DNA from: Candidatus Falkowbacteria bacterium GW2011_GWF2_43_32
Lineage (GTDB): Bacteria > Patescibacteriota > Patescibacteriia > Patescibacteriales > UBA12465
Direction: 5' to 3'
NCBI GenBank assembly: GCA_000999715.1
Contig: LCGL01000003.1
Coordinates: forward strand, 90,942 to 154,941
Length of the DNA stretch: 64,000 bases
Part shown: one piece after another, positions 10,231 through 19,669 of the stretch
Position numbering within the stretch: position 1 is the stretch's first letter
Layout of the letters: each line of letters begins with the position of its first letter
Program-made: the position numbers and the translations under genes
The notes under the pieces: model-generated
Seen by the model: only the letters and a program-made list of their open reading frames with translations
What the model was told of the DNA's origin: nothing
The model's database searches: none

Positions 10231-10794
10231 TTACTTGGCGACAGCCAAGCGAGGAAAAACCACATAATGGCCGAACTCGCCATACCATAACAAATCATAG
10301 GCAAACCGATCGGCATAAATGATCAAACCGTTGGGATAAACGTGAACCGGGGTCACAAACCATTGATTATCTGATCGAGTCAAGAAAAAAGTGGCCTGAC
10401 CGTCTTGGCGCAAACGGTCATAATACGTTTCGCAGAAATAAATAATCTGCGCTTGCGTCAAATCCGATTTGTCCAAATCGCGATTAATGCTTCTAAAAAT
10501 TTGAGCGAAGGTTCCGTCGCCGGTCATTTCGGCGATATCAACGATAATTTCTCTGGTGGCCGGACCGGACTGATCAAGCTCCGGAAATTCAAAATTTTTA
10601 TCAATATAAGCGCGGAAAGTTTCCCGAGCGTTAACAATCAAATCTTGACCGTCCAAAGCGGGGATCACAATTTTTTCTCCCTCGGAAATGATTTTCAACA
10701 AGGGAACATTTTCTCCGGAGTCGGCCACGGTTTGACCGAAGGAAAAACCGCAACAAATGCCGACAAACAAAAAACAAAAAATAAACTTTTTCAT
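10231..10794 (-). CDS. Secreted hypothetical protein
   Basis: 187 aa. Signal-peptide-like N-terminus MKKFIFCFLFVGICCGFSFG. No recognisable domain. Confidence 0.5.
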   Translation of the reverse strand: MKKFIFCFLFVGICCGFSFGQTVADSGENVPLLKIISEGEKIVIPALDGQDLIVNARETFRAYIDKNFEFPELDQSGPATREIIVDIAEMTGDGTFAQIFRSINRDLDKSDLTQAQIIYFCETYYDRLRQDGQATFFLTRSDNQWFVTPVHVYPNGLIIYADRFAYDLLWYGEFGHYVVFPRLAVAK

Positions 10795-10947
10795 GACACT
10801 TAATTTTAAAAGATCAACAAAAAAATAGCGATAAAATATTTAATTGACCGTGCCGGATTGTCCGTCAACGATGCTCTTAAATATCAAGCTATAATATAAT
10901 AAAGACGATTTTTTGTCAATTCTTGCGGCCATTCTCAGGGCCCCGAT

Positions 10948-12231
10948 TTAAAGCCATTGCTTGTCCTGCCGGACCAACAATTCGCCGGCTCGTTCCGGCT
11001 CGGCCATGATTTCTTTAACGATCTTTTCCATCCTGACGCCTTGCGAGCCCTTCACCAAAATAACATCGCCGGATTTGATGCGATTCTGCAAGAAACGTCC
11101 GGCTTCTTCCGCCCGATCAAAATAAAAAATATAATCGTCCGACAACCCGGCCGCGGTCGCGCCGCGAATGATGTCGCGCGCCTTCTCGCCGACGGCAATT
11201 AAATGATTAATGCCGCTCTCGGCCACTTTGGCGCCGAGCAGGCGATGACCATCTTGCGTATATGGTCCTATTTCCAACATATCTCCCAAAACCGCATATT
11301 TTTCGGATGCGCCTTCAATCTTGATTCGTCGCAAAACATCCACGGCGTTAACGGCCGCTTCCGGCGAAGAGTTATAGGTATCGTCAATAATAAAAGTCTG
11401 TTTGATGCCCGATAAGACGGACAAACGTCCCGGAGGGAGCGTAAAATTCCGTAAAGAATGAGCCATCTCCAAAAGATTAAGATCAAAATAAATGCCGACG
11501 GCCACGGCCGCCAAAGCGGCATAAATGGCCGGCTCGGCCATGACATTTTTCATAAAAACCGGCACGATGGAACCTTTATAATTTAATTTGAAATTGAGTC
11601 CGACGATTTCATAATTGCCTTTGGTAAAATTAAACACCAAATCCTGCGCCTGCAGATCCGCCCCAACTTGCAAGCCGTAAGTAATCGCTCGCGCCCGGCT
11701 GGCCGCCGACATATTGCGCGTCGCCTCGTTATCGTAATTCAAGACCGCCAACCCTTGGCTGTCCAAACTCTCCACCAAAACTTGCTTCTCTTTTTTAATG
11801 TTCAAAACACTGCCAAAATACTGCAAATGAGAATAACTGACGGCCGTTACCAAACCGATATCCGGCGGCGCGATTTGCGTCAGATAGGCCATATCGCCCG
11901 GCCGATCAATCCCCATTTCCAAGACCAGAACGCGCGGATAATTTTTATCTTTTATCAAAAGCAACGACAAAGCGCGGCCAAAAATCAACAACCAACCGAA
12001 AAGATTACTGCCGGCGGATTCCCGGCCGATGATGGCCAGGGGCAAACCGATTTCATTATTATAATTTTTTTGACTCATGCGAACCGCCAGCTTGCCTTTC
12101 AAAACCGCATAAATCGCTTCTTTAGCGCTGGTCTTGCCAATGGAACCGGTAATACCGACAATCACCGGTTGATATTTTTTCAAGATCAATCGGGATAAAA
12201 ATTTCAATTTAAATTCTAATATTTTACGCAT
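10948..12231 (-). CDS. murF: UDP-N-acetylmuramoyl-tripeptide--D-alanyl-D-alanine ligase
   Basis: 427 aa. GITGSIGKTSAKE P-loop and NYNNEIGLPL motif. Sits directly downstream of ftsI. Confidence 0.85.
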   Translation of the reverse strand: MRKILEFKLKFLSRLILKKYQPVIVGITGSIGKTSAKEAIYAVLKGKLAVRMSQKNYNNEIGLPLAIIGRESAGSNLFGWLLIFGRALSLLLIKDKNYPRVLVLEMGIDRPGDMAYLTQIAPPDIGLVTAVSYSHLQYFGSVLNIKKEKQVLVESLDSQGLAVLNYDNEATRNMSAASRARAITYGLQVGADLQAQDLVFNFTKGNYEIVGLNFKLNYKGSIVPVFMKNVMAEPAIYAALAAVAVGIYFDLNLLEMAHSLRNFTLPPGRLSVLSGIKQTFIIDDTYNSSPEAAVNAVDVLRRIKIEGASEKYAVLGDMLEIGPYTQDGHRLLGAKVAESGINHLIAVGEKARDIIRGATAAGLSDDYIFYFDRAEEAGRFLQNRIKSGDVILVKGSQGVRMEKIVKEIMAEPERAGELLVRQDKQWL

Positions 12232-12239
12232 AAAAAATC

Positions 12240-14195
12240 TTAATTAGTCCTGGTTTTGGGCACCCGATAATATTTCAACATAAAATCTGCGATATCTTTC
12301 CAAAGCGGCACGACCGAACCCTCGGCAAAATCCACGTCTTTAGGATTGTCTATTTTCGTCAGCATCACAAAAACCGGTTCGTTAATCGGCGCGATGCCGA
12401 TAAAAGTATGAATATAATTATCGGTGCTATACCCGCCGGCGGCGGCCACTTGCGCCGTGCCGGTTTTACCGCCGATATAATAACCTTCAATATAGGCCCG
12501 CTTGGAATGGCCGCGCTCCACGACATTAACCAACATCGCGGCCACCGTGTCGGCCGTCTTGCCGGAAATGACCTGTCGAACTTGTTTCGGCAAAATCTCC
12601 TCGCGCTGTCCGTTTTTGATGATGGCTTTGACGACATACGGTTTCATCAAAATACCGCGATTGGCGATGGCCTGATAAGGCATAATCATCTGCAAAGGCG
12701 TAACCGCGATACCTTGGCCGAAAGAAGCGGTAGCGGCGTCAATCTCTTTCACTTTGTTGCCCAAAAGATTGCCGATATTGCCGGGGCTCTCCGCCCCCAA
12801 TTCTACGCCGGTTCTCTCCCCAAAACCGTAGTTATGAACATAATCGGCAAAAACTTTCGGACCGACTTGACGCATGGCGAAAATCGCTCCCGTATTCAAA
12901 GAATTTTCCAAGACGGCATTCATATCCACCAAACCGTGCGGCCCGTGCGTGCTGAAATCGGAATTTTTAATCGGCTTCGGCCAACCGTTAATCATTATTT
13001 GTCCTTCGTCGTAATAAGTGGTGGCCGGATTAACTTTGCCCTGATCGATGGCGATAGACATGGTTACCACTTTAAAAACCGAACCGGGTTCATATTGATA
13101 AAGAAGCGTCGGATTATTGTAGTCGCCGATATCCGCGACATTTTTATAATTATTGGGATCAAAATCCGGCACCGAACACATCGCGATCAGCGCGCCGGTT
13201 TTCGGGTCCATAACGATAACCGAGCCGCCGTCGGCATCATGCTTTTCGACCGCCGCCTGCAATTTTTCGCAAGCGACAAACTGCACATTGCGATCGATAG
13301 TCAAAACCAAATCGGCGCCATCCACCGGTTTGACGTATTCGCGATCGTTGACAATCAACATATCGCTCTGCCCGCCCTTCTCCGATTTCAAGGATCCGTA
13401 TTGTCCGAATAACTCGTCGTTAAAAAATTCTTCCAAGCCGTATTTGCCCTGACTGTCGTTGTCGGCATAACTCACAAAACCCAGAAGATGAGCGCCGATT
13501 TCATTCTCCGGATAATACCGCATCTTTTCCGATCGAAAACCGATGCCCGGAATCCGCACTTCTTGGGCGGGGTTGTCGGCATCACCGACATTTTTATAAA
13601 ATACTTTCTCGCCTTTGATTTCCAAATCTTCGGCCGTCAGCGGCGTGGAAGTGGAACTGGACAGAAAAGCAAACAATTTCAATAATACGGTCTTATCCAA
13701 TTTTTTATTTTCCAAGGGCTCGTAGACGTCGCCGGGCTTATCCAGTCGTTTCAAATAGTCGGCCAAAGTCTTTTCCTTGGTGGTCGTGGCAATCAGCGGC
13801 GTGGAACTGCCTTGCGCTTTTAATTCCTCTTCCAAAAGCGGCCGATCAAAGAATTCATAGAATTTTTCCGCCAAATCCGCGGGATCGATCACGTCTTTCG
13901 GCACGGCGTACAAAAGAGCGAAATCTTTATTGGTGGCGACGGGATACAACTTTTCCTGACCGTTAACGGTTTCGGTAAAAAAAATCTGACCGCGCTCCGG
14001 TGCCAATTGACCGGAAATTTGCTGTTGACTGGCGGCCAGGGCCGTATAAAAATCGCATTGCCTGATTTGTAATAAAAACAATTTATAAATCAAAGCGCCG
14101 AGCAATAAAAAAATAATCGCTACGACTAAGCGCCAGCGACTACTATTGATTTGATTTTTTTCCGGACGAGAGTTGTTTTTAGAATCGCGCCACAT
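12240..14195 (-). CDS. ftsI: Class B penicillin-binding protein (FtsI/PBP2-type transpeptidase)
   Basis: 651 aa with an N-terminal TM. Transpeptidase motifs are S-x-x-K (PGSVFKVV), S-x-N (ENSLNTG) and K-T-G (GGKTGTAQV). Confidence 0.85.
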   Translation of the reverse strand: MWRDSKNNSRPEKNQINSSRWRLVVAIIFLLLGALIYKLFLLQIRQCDFYTALAASQQQISGQLAPERGQIFFTETVNGQEKLYPVATNKDFALLYAVPKDVIDPADLAEKFYEFFDRPLLEEELKAQGSSTPLIATTTKEKTLADYLKRLDKPGDVYEPLENKKLDKTVLLKLFAFLSSSTSTPLTAEDLEIKGEKVFYKNVGDADNPAQEVRIPGIGFRSEKMRYYPENEIGAHLLGFVSYADNDSQGKYGLEEFFNDELFGQYGSLKSEKGGQSDMLIVNDREYVKPVDGADLVLTIDRNVQFVACEKLQAAVEKHDADGGSVIVMDPKTGALIAMCSVPDFDPNNYKNVADIGDYNNPTLLYQYEPGSVFKVVTMSIAIDQGKVNPATTYYDEGQIMINGWPKPIKNSDFSTHGPHGLVDMNAVLENSLNTGAIFAMRQVGPKVFADYVHNYGFGERTGVELGAESPGNIGNLLGNKVKEIDAATASFGQGIAVTPLQMIMPYQAIANRGILMKPYVVKAIIKNGQREEILPKQVRQVISGKTADTVAAMLVNVVERGHSKRAYIEGYYIGGKTGTAQVAAAGGYSTDNYIHTFIGIAPINEPVFVMLTKIDNPKDVDFAEGSVVPLWKDIADFMLKYYRVPKTRTN

Positions 14196-14224
14196 AATTA
14201 CCTGATTATCTATTTAAACGAAGC

Positions 14225-14566
14225 TTATCTTCGGGCCACCACGGCATGAGGAACAACGATATATTCTACATTGCCGACCGCCACCATATCCAAGCCTTGT
14301 GTGCGGGAATTCAAGGAATAATAAGATTGGATGGCATTAACTTTTTCTTCCGCTTCCGCTTTCTGGCTGGCCAAGGTCGCCACCTGCGATTTCAAATCGC
14401 GCAAAACAAAGCCTTGCACGGTCAAAGAAGTGACTGTCACCAGATAGAAGACGCCGGCGGTCAAACCTAAAGCCAACAAACCGAAATTAAAATATTTCAG
14501 ATTGAAGCGGCGGCCGCAACCGGCGGATTTTTTTTGCTGAGAATAGCAATTGACGATTTTAGTCAT
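14225..14566 (-). CDS. ftsL: FtsL-like cell division protein
   Basis: 113 aa. Single TM (FNFGLLALGLTAGVFYLVTV) followed by a short coiled-coil-like segment. Occupies the canonical slot between rsmH and ftsI. Confidence 0.5.
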   Translation of the reverse strand: MTKIVNCYSQQKKSAGCGRRFNLKYFNFGLLALGLTAGVFYLVTVTSLTVQGFVLRDLKSQVATLASQKAEAEEKVNAIQSYYSLNSRTQGLDMVAVGNVEYIVVPHAVVARR

Positions 14567-14633
14567 AATACTGGTAGCCGTCTTGCCCGCTGACGAACGG
14601 CGAACGAAGAGGCGGAAAAAGGTTTATATTAAT

Positions 14634-15539
14634 TTAAAAATTATCTGTTTTAAGCGCGGCGCGGAATTTGGCACTACGGGCGCGGGGGTTGGCGGCCATT
14701 TCGGCCATAGTCGGAATCAAAGGTTTTTTGGTCAAGATGCGCAAATGATCGGTTAAAGCCAATTCTTTAAAAAATCTTTTGACAATCCGATCTTCGCCGC
14801 TATGGAAAGATACGACCACCAAGCATCCTGTCGGTTTCAAGAGATTGACCGCTTCCGGCAAAACCGCGGACAAGGCGGCCAATTCTTCATTCGTTTCCAT
14901 TCTCAACGCCTGAAAGACGCGCGTCGCCGGATGAATCTTGGAATAAAACCGGAACGGAACGACTTGTTCAATAATAGCCACGAGATCGGCCGTCGTGACA
15001 ATTTTTTTCCGATGACGGGCGGCGACAATCGCCTTGGCAATCTGATAAGCCCGGCGCTCTTCCCCGTATTCCCGGAAAATTCTGGTCAACTCCAGTAAGG
15101 GATATTGATTGACGATATCAACCGTGGCGGCCTCAGTCGGACCGAAAGCCATATTGAGCGGCCGATCGCCCTTGAAAGAAAAACCGCGCGCTTCGTCGTC
15201 CAATTGCGCCGACGACAGACCGAGATCGAAAACAATGCCGTCAAATTTCGTTTCCGCCGGAAAATTGGCGTTCACAATGTCTTTTAAGTTTTTAAAATTA
15301 TCTTGCACTAAAACTATTTGTTTGATTTTTCGTCGCGTAATTTCCGCGGCCGCATTCTTGATGGCCAGTTCATCCAAATCTATGCCCAAAATTTTTCCTT
15401 TCTCCCCGACTCTTTCCGCCAAAGCGAGCGTATAACCGGCGCCGCCCAAAGTACAATCAATGAAACGGCCGCCGCCTTGAGGATTCAGATATTCCAGGAC
15501 TTCAGCCAGCATTACCGGAACATGAGAATAAGTCGTCAT
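14634..15539 (-). CDS. rsmH: 16S rRNA (cytosine1402-N4)-methyltransferase
   Basis: 301 aa. HVPVMLAEVLEYL, DCTLGGAGYT, DLGLSS and VVVSFHSGEDRIVK motifs. Confidence 0.9.
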   Translation of the reverse strand: MTTYSHVPVMLAEVLEYLNPQGGGRFIDCTLGGAGYTLALAERVGEKGKILGIDLDELAIKNAAAEITRRKIKQIVLVQDNFKNLKDIVNANFPAETKFDGIVFDLGLSSAQLDDEARGFSFKGDRPLNMAFGPTEAATVDIVNQYPLLELTRIFREYGEERRAYQIAKAIVAARHRKKIVTTADLVAIIEQVVPFRFYSKIHPATRVFQALRMETNEELAALSAVLPEAVNLLKPTGCLVVVSFHSGEDRIVKRFFKELALTDHLRILTKKPLIPTMAEMAANPRARSAKFRAALKTDNF

Positions 15540-15545
15540 AAAATT

Positions 15546-15977
15546 TTAAATGCCCAGGTTTCCCAATTCTTCGGCAATCGCGTTGCTGTTCTTTTCCGAT
15601 TCACCTTTATATTTATTCCAAGCCGCTTCGTTCCAGATTTCCAAATGATTATACAAACCGGCGATAACCACATTTTTCTTGACCCCGGAAAACTGCCGCA
15701 AATACTCCGGCAAAGTCACCCGACCCTGACTGTCAAATTCCACGTCCATCGCTCCGGCCAACATATGACGCATAAAAGCGCGCGCCTTGGCCTGACTGAT
15801 CGGCAAAGAAGCGAATTTCTGAGCGATCTTTTCAAACTGTTCTTGGGAATATAAAAATAAGCAGTTATCCAAACCCTTGGTAACAACTGCTCCTTTCTTT
15901 AAAATAATTCTAAACTTAGCCGGTATAGCCAAGCGTCCTTTGTCGTCTAAGTTGTGGCGATATTCTCCGATGAACAT
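15546..15977 (-). CDS. mraZ: Transcriptional regulator MraZ
   Basis: Contains MFIGEYRHNLDDKGRLAIPAKFR and a second DSQGRVTLPEYLR half-domain. The track starts at a TTG at 16010. I prefer the ATG at 15977 because MraZ homologues begin MF(I/L)GE. Confidence 0.9.
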   Translation of the reverse strand: MFIGEYRHNLDDKGRLAIPAKFRIILKKGAVVTKGLDNCLFLYSQEQFEKIAQKFASLPISQAKARAFMRHMLAGAMDVEFDSQGRVTLPEYLRQFSGVKKNVVIAGLYNHLEIWNEAAWNKYKGESEKNSNAIAEELGNLGI

Positions 15978-16052
15978 AGAGGAGTGAGTGAGGAAGAGTG
16001 ATGAAGACAAGCATATTCACCACTCTTCCCCAAAATTCACCTTATACATTTT

Positions 16053-16081
16053 ATTATACACCACTAAGCCACTACGGTCAA
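16053..16081 (-). promoter_or_regulatory. Candidate sigma-70-type promoter of the dcw block (TTGACC-17-TATAAT) with embedded TAGTGG repeats
   Basis: The minus strand reads TTGACC (complement of 16076-16081), then the 17-nt spacer GTAGTGGCTTAGTGGTG, then TATAAT (complement of 16053-16058). It lies about 75 nt upstream of the mraZ ATG. Confidence 0.5.
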
Positions 16082-16116
16082 CACTGGGCTTTTGTTTAAA
16101 ATAAGCTCAAAAATAA

Positions 16117-16150
16117 ACAAAAAAGTCACTTTTCAACAGTGACTTTTTTT
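16117..16150 (-). terminator. Rho-independent terminator between the tsaB operon and the dcw promoter
   Basis: Stem aaaagtcact (16121-16130), loop tttcaac, agtgactttt (16138-16147). A/T runs on both sides. Confidence 0.6.
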
Positions 16151-16221
16151 AATTGAAATAATTTGCCAAAATCGTCCAAAAGTTTTCAACAATTAATACA
16201 CAGGCCTAAAATCATCTTTTT

Positions 16222-16638
16222 TTAGGCTGGAAGCAATTTTTTGGCGATACCGATAATCGGCTCCCGATCATAAATCGGCTCCACAATGGAATAAGCGGCG
16301 AACTTTTTGTTCTTTTTACCGCGCCGCGCTTCGGCTTCTACCGGAATTTTCAAGGCATACGCGAGAGCGTTGGCGGTAATGACGCCGATACGCAAAGACG
16401 TAAAACTCCCGCCGCGATTGGCGACAACTATTTTCTTTAAAGCGCTCAATTTTATTTTTTTGCTTGCCAACATCCGCGCGATGGCCGGCAATAATTTTTC
16501 CGCCTGTTGTCGCGGCGCCTTGATTTGACGGCGAGCCAAGGGCTTGACGGCAAGGCTATCCGAGTCGGCAACGAATCCCGACTTATACAAAGCGATAACT
16601 ATTTCATCATGACCGGCGGTATTTATATAAAGAATCAT
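16222..16638 (-). CDS. tsaB: tRNA t6A37 biosynthesis protein TsaB, short form
   Basis: 138 aa. KLLPAIARMLASKKIKLSALKKIVVANRGGSFTSLRIGVITANALAYALKIPV matches the TsaB N-terminal ASKHA core. The C-terminal half of typical ~230-aa TsaB is absent. Confidence 0.7.
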   Translation of the reverse strand: MILYINTAGHDEIVIALYKSGFVADSDSLAVKPLARRQIKAPRQQAEKLLPAIARMLASKKIKLSALKKIVVANRGGSFTSLRIGVITANALAYALKIPVEAEARRGKKNKKFAAYSIVEPIYDREPIIGIAKKLLPA

Positions 16639-17666
16639 ATGATGATGGATAAAATCTTTTTTATTTCTCCCAAACTATTGACCCTGACCAACTTTTCCCG
16701 CAACTTCGCCGCTCCCGGCAAACCCTGCATATACCAAACGAGATGCTTGCGCAGTTCAATGATACCCGTCTTCCCCGCCAACGTTTGCTCCAGGGCGGCA
16801 TGCGTCAGCGCGATTTTAAAAATCTGTTTCGGTTTTAAATCAACGATTTTGCCGCTTTTAATTTCTTTGAAGAGCCACGGTCGCCCCAAAATGCCGCGTG
16901 CCAACCCCAAGCCGTCGGCACCGCTTTTTTTCAGCGCTTGCCGGGCGTCCGTCAAACTGTTTATCCCGCCATTGGCCAAAATAACTCCTTTAAAATATCG
17001 TCGTGCTTTTTTAATAATCCGGAAATCGGGCGCGCCGACAAATCCTTGGCTCAAGGTCCGGCCGTGAATCATCACGGCCGCCACCGGCAAATCGGCAATA
17101 TTTTTCAAAAACTTCAGCGCATCCACTTCGCCGGCCTGGACGCGAATTTTAAGGGAAACCGGCAAAACGGTATTTTTCAAAACCGCCTCAATAACGGCGC
17201 GAGATTTTTCCAAATTCTTCATCAAGCCGCAACCGGCGCCCTGTTTGCAAATCTTCGGTACCGGACAACCGAAGTTAATGTCAATTCCGTCCGGTTTCAC
17301 CCGTTCGGCGATAATACGCGTCGCCACCGCGAAATGCTCCGGATCAGAACCGAAAAGCTGAACGATATAATATTTTTCCCGGCGGCGATTGAATTTTAAC
17401 AACTTTAAAGTCGCATTTCCCTCACAACGATCCGTTTGATTCTTTGGGCCGACCTTGCCCTGTCGACCGGGTTTTCCGATTCGGCTCTTCCCGACTGGCT
17501 GATTATAATACAAAGCCGTCGCCGAGGCCATTTCGCTATACAAAACATCCGCTCCGTATTTTTTGCAAATCTGACGAAAAGCGGAAGTAGTGAATCCGGC
17601 CATCGGCGCCAACGCTAAAATCGGCCGACCGGTCTTTTGCAGTTTTTGCCAAAAATTAAGGGGCAT
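16635..17666 (-). CDS. dus: tRNA-dihydrouridine synthase
   Basis: 343 aa. LAPMAGFTTSAFRQICKKYGADVLYSEM, INFGCP and IHGRT motifs of the Dus TIM barrel. Confidence 0.85.
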   Translation of the reverse strand: MPLNFWQKLQKTGRPILALAPMAGFTTSAFRQICKKYGADVLYSEMASATALYYNQPVGKSRIGKPGRQGKVGPKNQTDRCEGNATLKLLKFNRRREKYYIVQLFGSDPEHFAVATRIIAERVKPDGIDINFGCPVPKICKQGAGCGLMKNLEKSRAVIEAVLKNTVLPVSLKIRVQAGEVDALKFLKNIADLPVAAVMIHGRTLSQGFVGAPDFRIIKKARRYFKGVILANGGINSLTDARQALKKSGADGLGLARGILGRPWLFKEIKSGKIVDLKPKQIFKIALTHAALEQTLAGKTGIIELRKHLVWYMQGLPGAAKLREKLVRVNSLGEIKKILSIII

Positions 17667-17675
17667 GATTATTTT

Positions 17676-19097
17676 TTATTCTTTTCTTTTTCTTAATATA
17701 TAACCGCTTTTCGCGTCTTCCATTATATAACCGCTATCCTCGATATCTTTCCTGAGTTGATCGGACAGTTCCCAATTTCTTTCTTGACGAGCAATTTGTC
17801 GTTTCAAAATCATTTCCTGAATTAACGCCGGCAAATCGGTTAACTCTAAAATCTGTTCTGCTCCTTCTCCGGCTTTATTTAAATCCAGACCCAAAACTTT
17901 ATCAAACTCCAAAATCGTCGCCGACTTATCGGCCTCGCTTAATTTAGATTTCAAAACCGAGGAGACGATAGCCAGCGCTTCCGGCATATTCAAATCATTA
18001 TTTATCGCTCCCAAGAATTCTTCTTTAAAATCATGATTTACTTTTCCCTGTTCATCGCCGAGCGCTTTAACGTGCAAACGCAAATTTTTAAGACCGGATT
18101 CGGCCTGCCTCATCCCCTCCTCGCTATACTCCATCGGCTTGCGATAATGAACTTGCAAAGCGGCAAAACGATAGGCGAGCGGGTCGATTCCCTTCTCAAT
18201 GAAAGTTTTTTCCAAAGTCAAAAAGTTATCCTCGCTCTTGGCCATTTTTTTACCGCCGGCGATATTCAAAAATGCGTTATGCATCCAATAATTGAAGAAT
18301 TTTTTTCCGGTGGCGGCTTCGCTCTGAGCGATTTCGTTGGTATGGTGGATGTTGATATGATCAATGCCGCCGCAATGGATGTCCAGCTGATTTTGCAAAT
18401 ATTTCAAGCTCATGGCCGAGCATTCGATATGCCAGCCCGGAAAACCGACGCCCCAGGGCGAATCCCACTCCATCTGACGCTTCCGGCCTCCGTCGGCTGA
18501 CGGAGAAAATTTCCACAAAGCGAAATCGGTCGGATTCTTTTTTTCCGGATTCTTTTCCACCCGCGCGCCTTCCTTCAATTCTTCCAACGGCAAATGGCTC
18601 AATTTATTATAATCCGGTACTTTGGCGGTATCAAAATAAATCCCGTCGGCAGTTTTATAGGTATAGCCTTTGTCCTCCAAGATTTTAATCATCGCAATCT
18701 GCTCGGGAAGATGATCGGTCGCTTTGCACCAAATATCCGGCGCCAAAATATTCAGGGCGACCAAATCTTGTTTGAAGGCGGTCGCAAAAAATTCCGTGAT
18801 TTTCCAAGCGCTTTTTCCGGTTCGTGCCGCTCCGGCCTCCACCTTGTCCTCTCCCATGTCCCGATCCCCGGTCAAATGGCCGACATCGGTGATATTCATG
18901 ACACGTCGCACGGCATAACCGTTATATTGCAAAATACGCACCAAGAAATCCTCAAACAAATAACTGCGCAAATTGCCGAGATGGGCATAGTTATAAACGG
19001 TCGGTCCGCAAGTGTACAATCCGACGGCACCGGCTTTAATCGGTTTGAATTCTTCCTTGCGACGACTGAGCGTATTGTACAAAAATAACTTTGTCAT
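17676..19097 (-). CDS. cysS: Cysteine--tRNA ligase
   Basis: 473 aa. HIGH-type motif (YNYAHLGNLRSY), KMSKS-type motif (KKMAKSEDNF), WHIEC zinc/cysteine-binding motif. Confidence 0.95.
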   Translation of the reverse strand: MTKLFLYNTLSRRKEEFKPIKAGAVGLYTCGPTVYNYAHLGNLRSYLFEDFLVRILQYNGYAVRRVMNITDVGHLTGDRDMGEDKVEAGAARTGKSAWKITEFFATAFKQDLVALNILAPDIWCKATDHLPEQIAMIKILEDKGYTYKTADGIYFDTAKVPDYNKLSHLPLEELKEGARVEKNPEKKNPTDFALWKFSPSADGGRKRQMEWDSPWGVGFPGWHIECSAMSLKYLQNQLDIHCGGIDHINIHHTNEIAQSEAATGKKFFNYWMHNAFLNIAGGKKMAKSEDNFLTLEKTFIEKGIDPLAYRFAALQVHYRKPMEYSEEGMRQAESGLKNLRLHVKALGDEQGKVNHDFKEEFLGAINNDLNMPEALAIVSSVLKSKLSEADKSATILEFDKVLGLDLNKAGEGAEQILELTDLPALIQEMILKRQIARQERNWELSDQLRKDIEDSGYIMEDAKSGYILRKRKE

Positions 19098-19126
19098 ATT
19101 AAAAAAATAATTTTGCCTGATAAACT

Positions 19127-19654
19127 TTAACGAAATTTAATCGGTATTCGGAAAGAGGCGTCATACTCCGACAATCCGGACGGATTATCTTTAGAAACGA
19201 CCAAATATCCGTCAATCACGTCGACCGGGACAATAAAATTCAAATCCGCGCGAAAAGGCACCATTTCCTCGGTCATCCAGTCCGCTTGCGCTTGCGCGCC
19301 GACGATAGCGATTACATTATCGGCGGTATCAACGATTTTTACCGGCAAATTGGCTTCAAAAAACCAAGTCCCCCGCGCTTGACCGACAACCGTCAAAGGC
19401 GAAACAATAATCTCTCCGGCCAAAGGACGACTGATAATCACTTGGGTGCCGGCAATAAGCGCCGGCTCAGTCGTTATTGTTTCTTCCGTCGTTATCGTTT
19501 CTTCCGCCGTTACCGCTTCTTCCGCCGTTATCGCCTCCTCGATCACCGCGTCTTCAATATTCAAGCGATCGCTTCGCCAAGAGCTAAAACGCAAAATCAG
19601 CGCGGATACCGCGACCAACAGACAAATAATCAATAAAAAATTTTTATTCTTCAT
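19127..19654 (-). CDS. Secreted Gmad2-like Ig-domain protein with acidic tandem repeats
   Basis: 175 aa with an N-terminal anchor (FLLIICLLVAVSALIL). The repeats VIEEAI/TAEEAV/TAEETI/TTEETI precede SPLTVVGQARGTWFFEANLPVKIVD, which resembles the Gmad2 Ig-like domain. Confidence 0.6.
   Translation of the reverse strand: MKNKNFLLIICLLVAVSALILRFSSWRSDRLNIEDAVIEEAITAEEAVTAEETITTEETITTEPALIAGTQVIISRPLAGEIIVSPLTVVGQARGTWFFEANLPVKIVDTADNVIAIVGAQAQADWMTEEMVPFRADLNFIVPVDVIDGYLVVSKDNPSGLSEYDASFRIPIKFR
19470..19541. repeat. Four tandem 18-bp repeats (coding, inside 19127..19654)
   Basis: The four units are gtcgttattgtttcttcc, gtcgttatcgtttcttcc, gccgttaccgcttcttcc and gccgttatcgcctcctcg, at 19470, 19488, 19506 and 19524. 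Confidence 0.85.
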
Positions 19655-19669
19655 ATAATTATTGCCGAC

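Noticed and set aside
12408-13412. 334-aa + strand ORF, and similar long + strand ORFs at 1591..2247, 5050..5769, 15318..15854, 16507..17067, 18033..19088 and 24101..25343
   Set aside because: All sit entirely inside well-supported minus-strand genes (ftsI, DUF4012, rsmH/mraZ, dus, cysS, the giant surface protein). They have Arg/His/Ile/Phe-skewed low-complexity translations with no recognisable motifs. I treat them as antisense shadow ORFs of moderately GC-rich coding DNA.
15978-16010. N-terminal extension of mraZ (TTG start at 16010, MSSSLFLTHSS...)
   Set aside because: MraZ homologues begin at MF(I/L)GE. The extension would run into the predicted 5' UTR that carries the GGTGAAT repeats, so I prefer the ATG at 15977.
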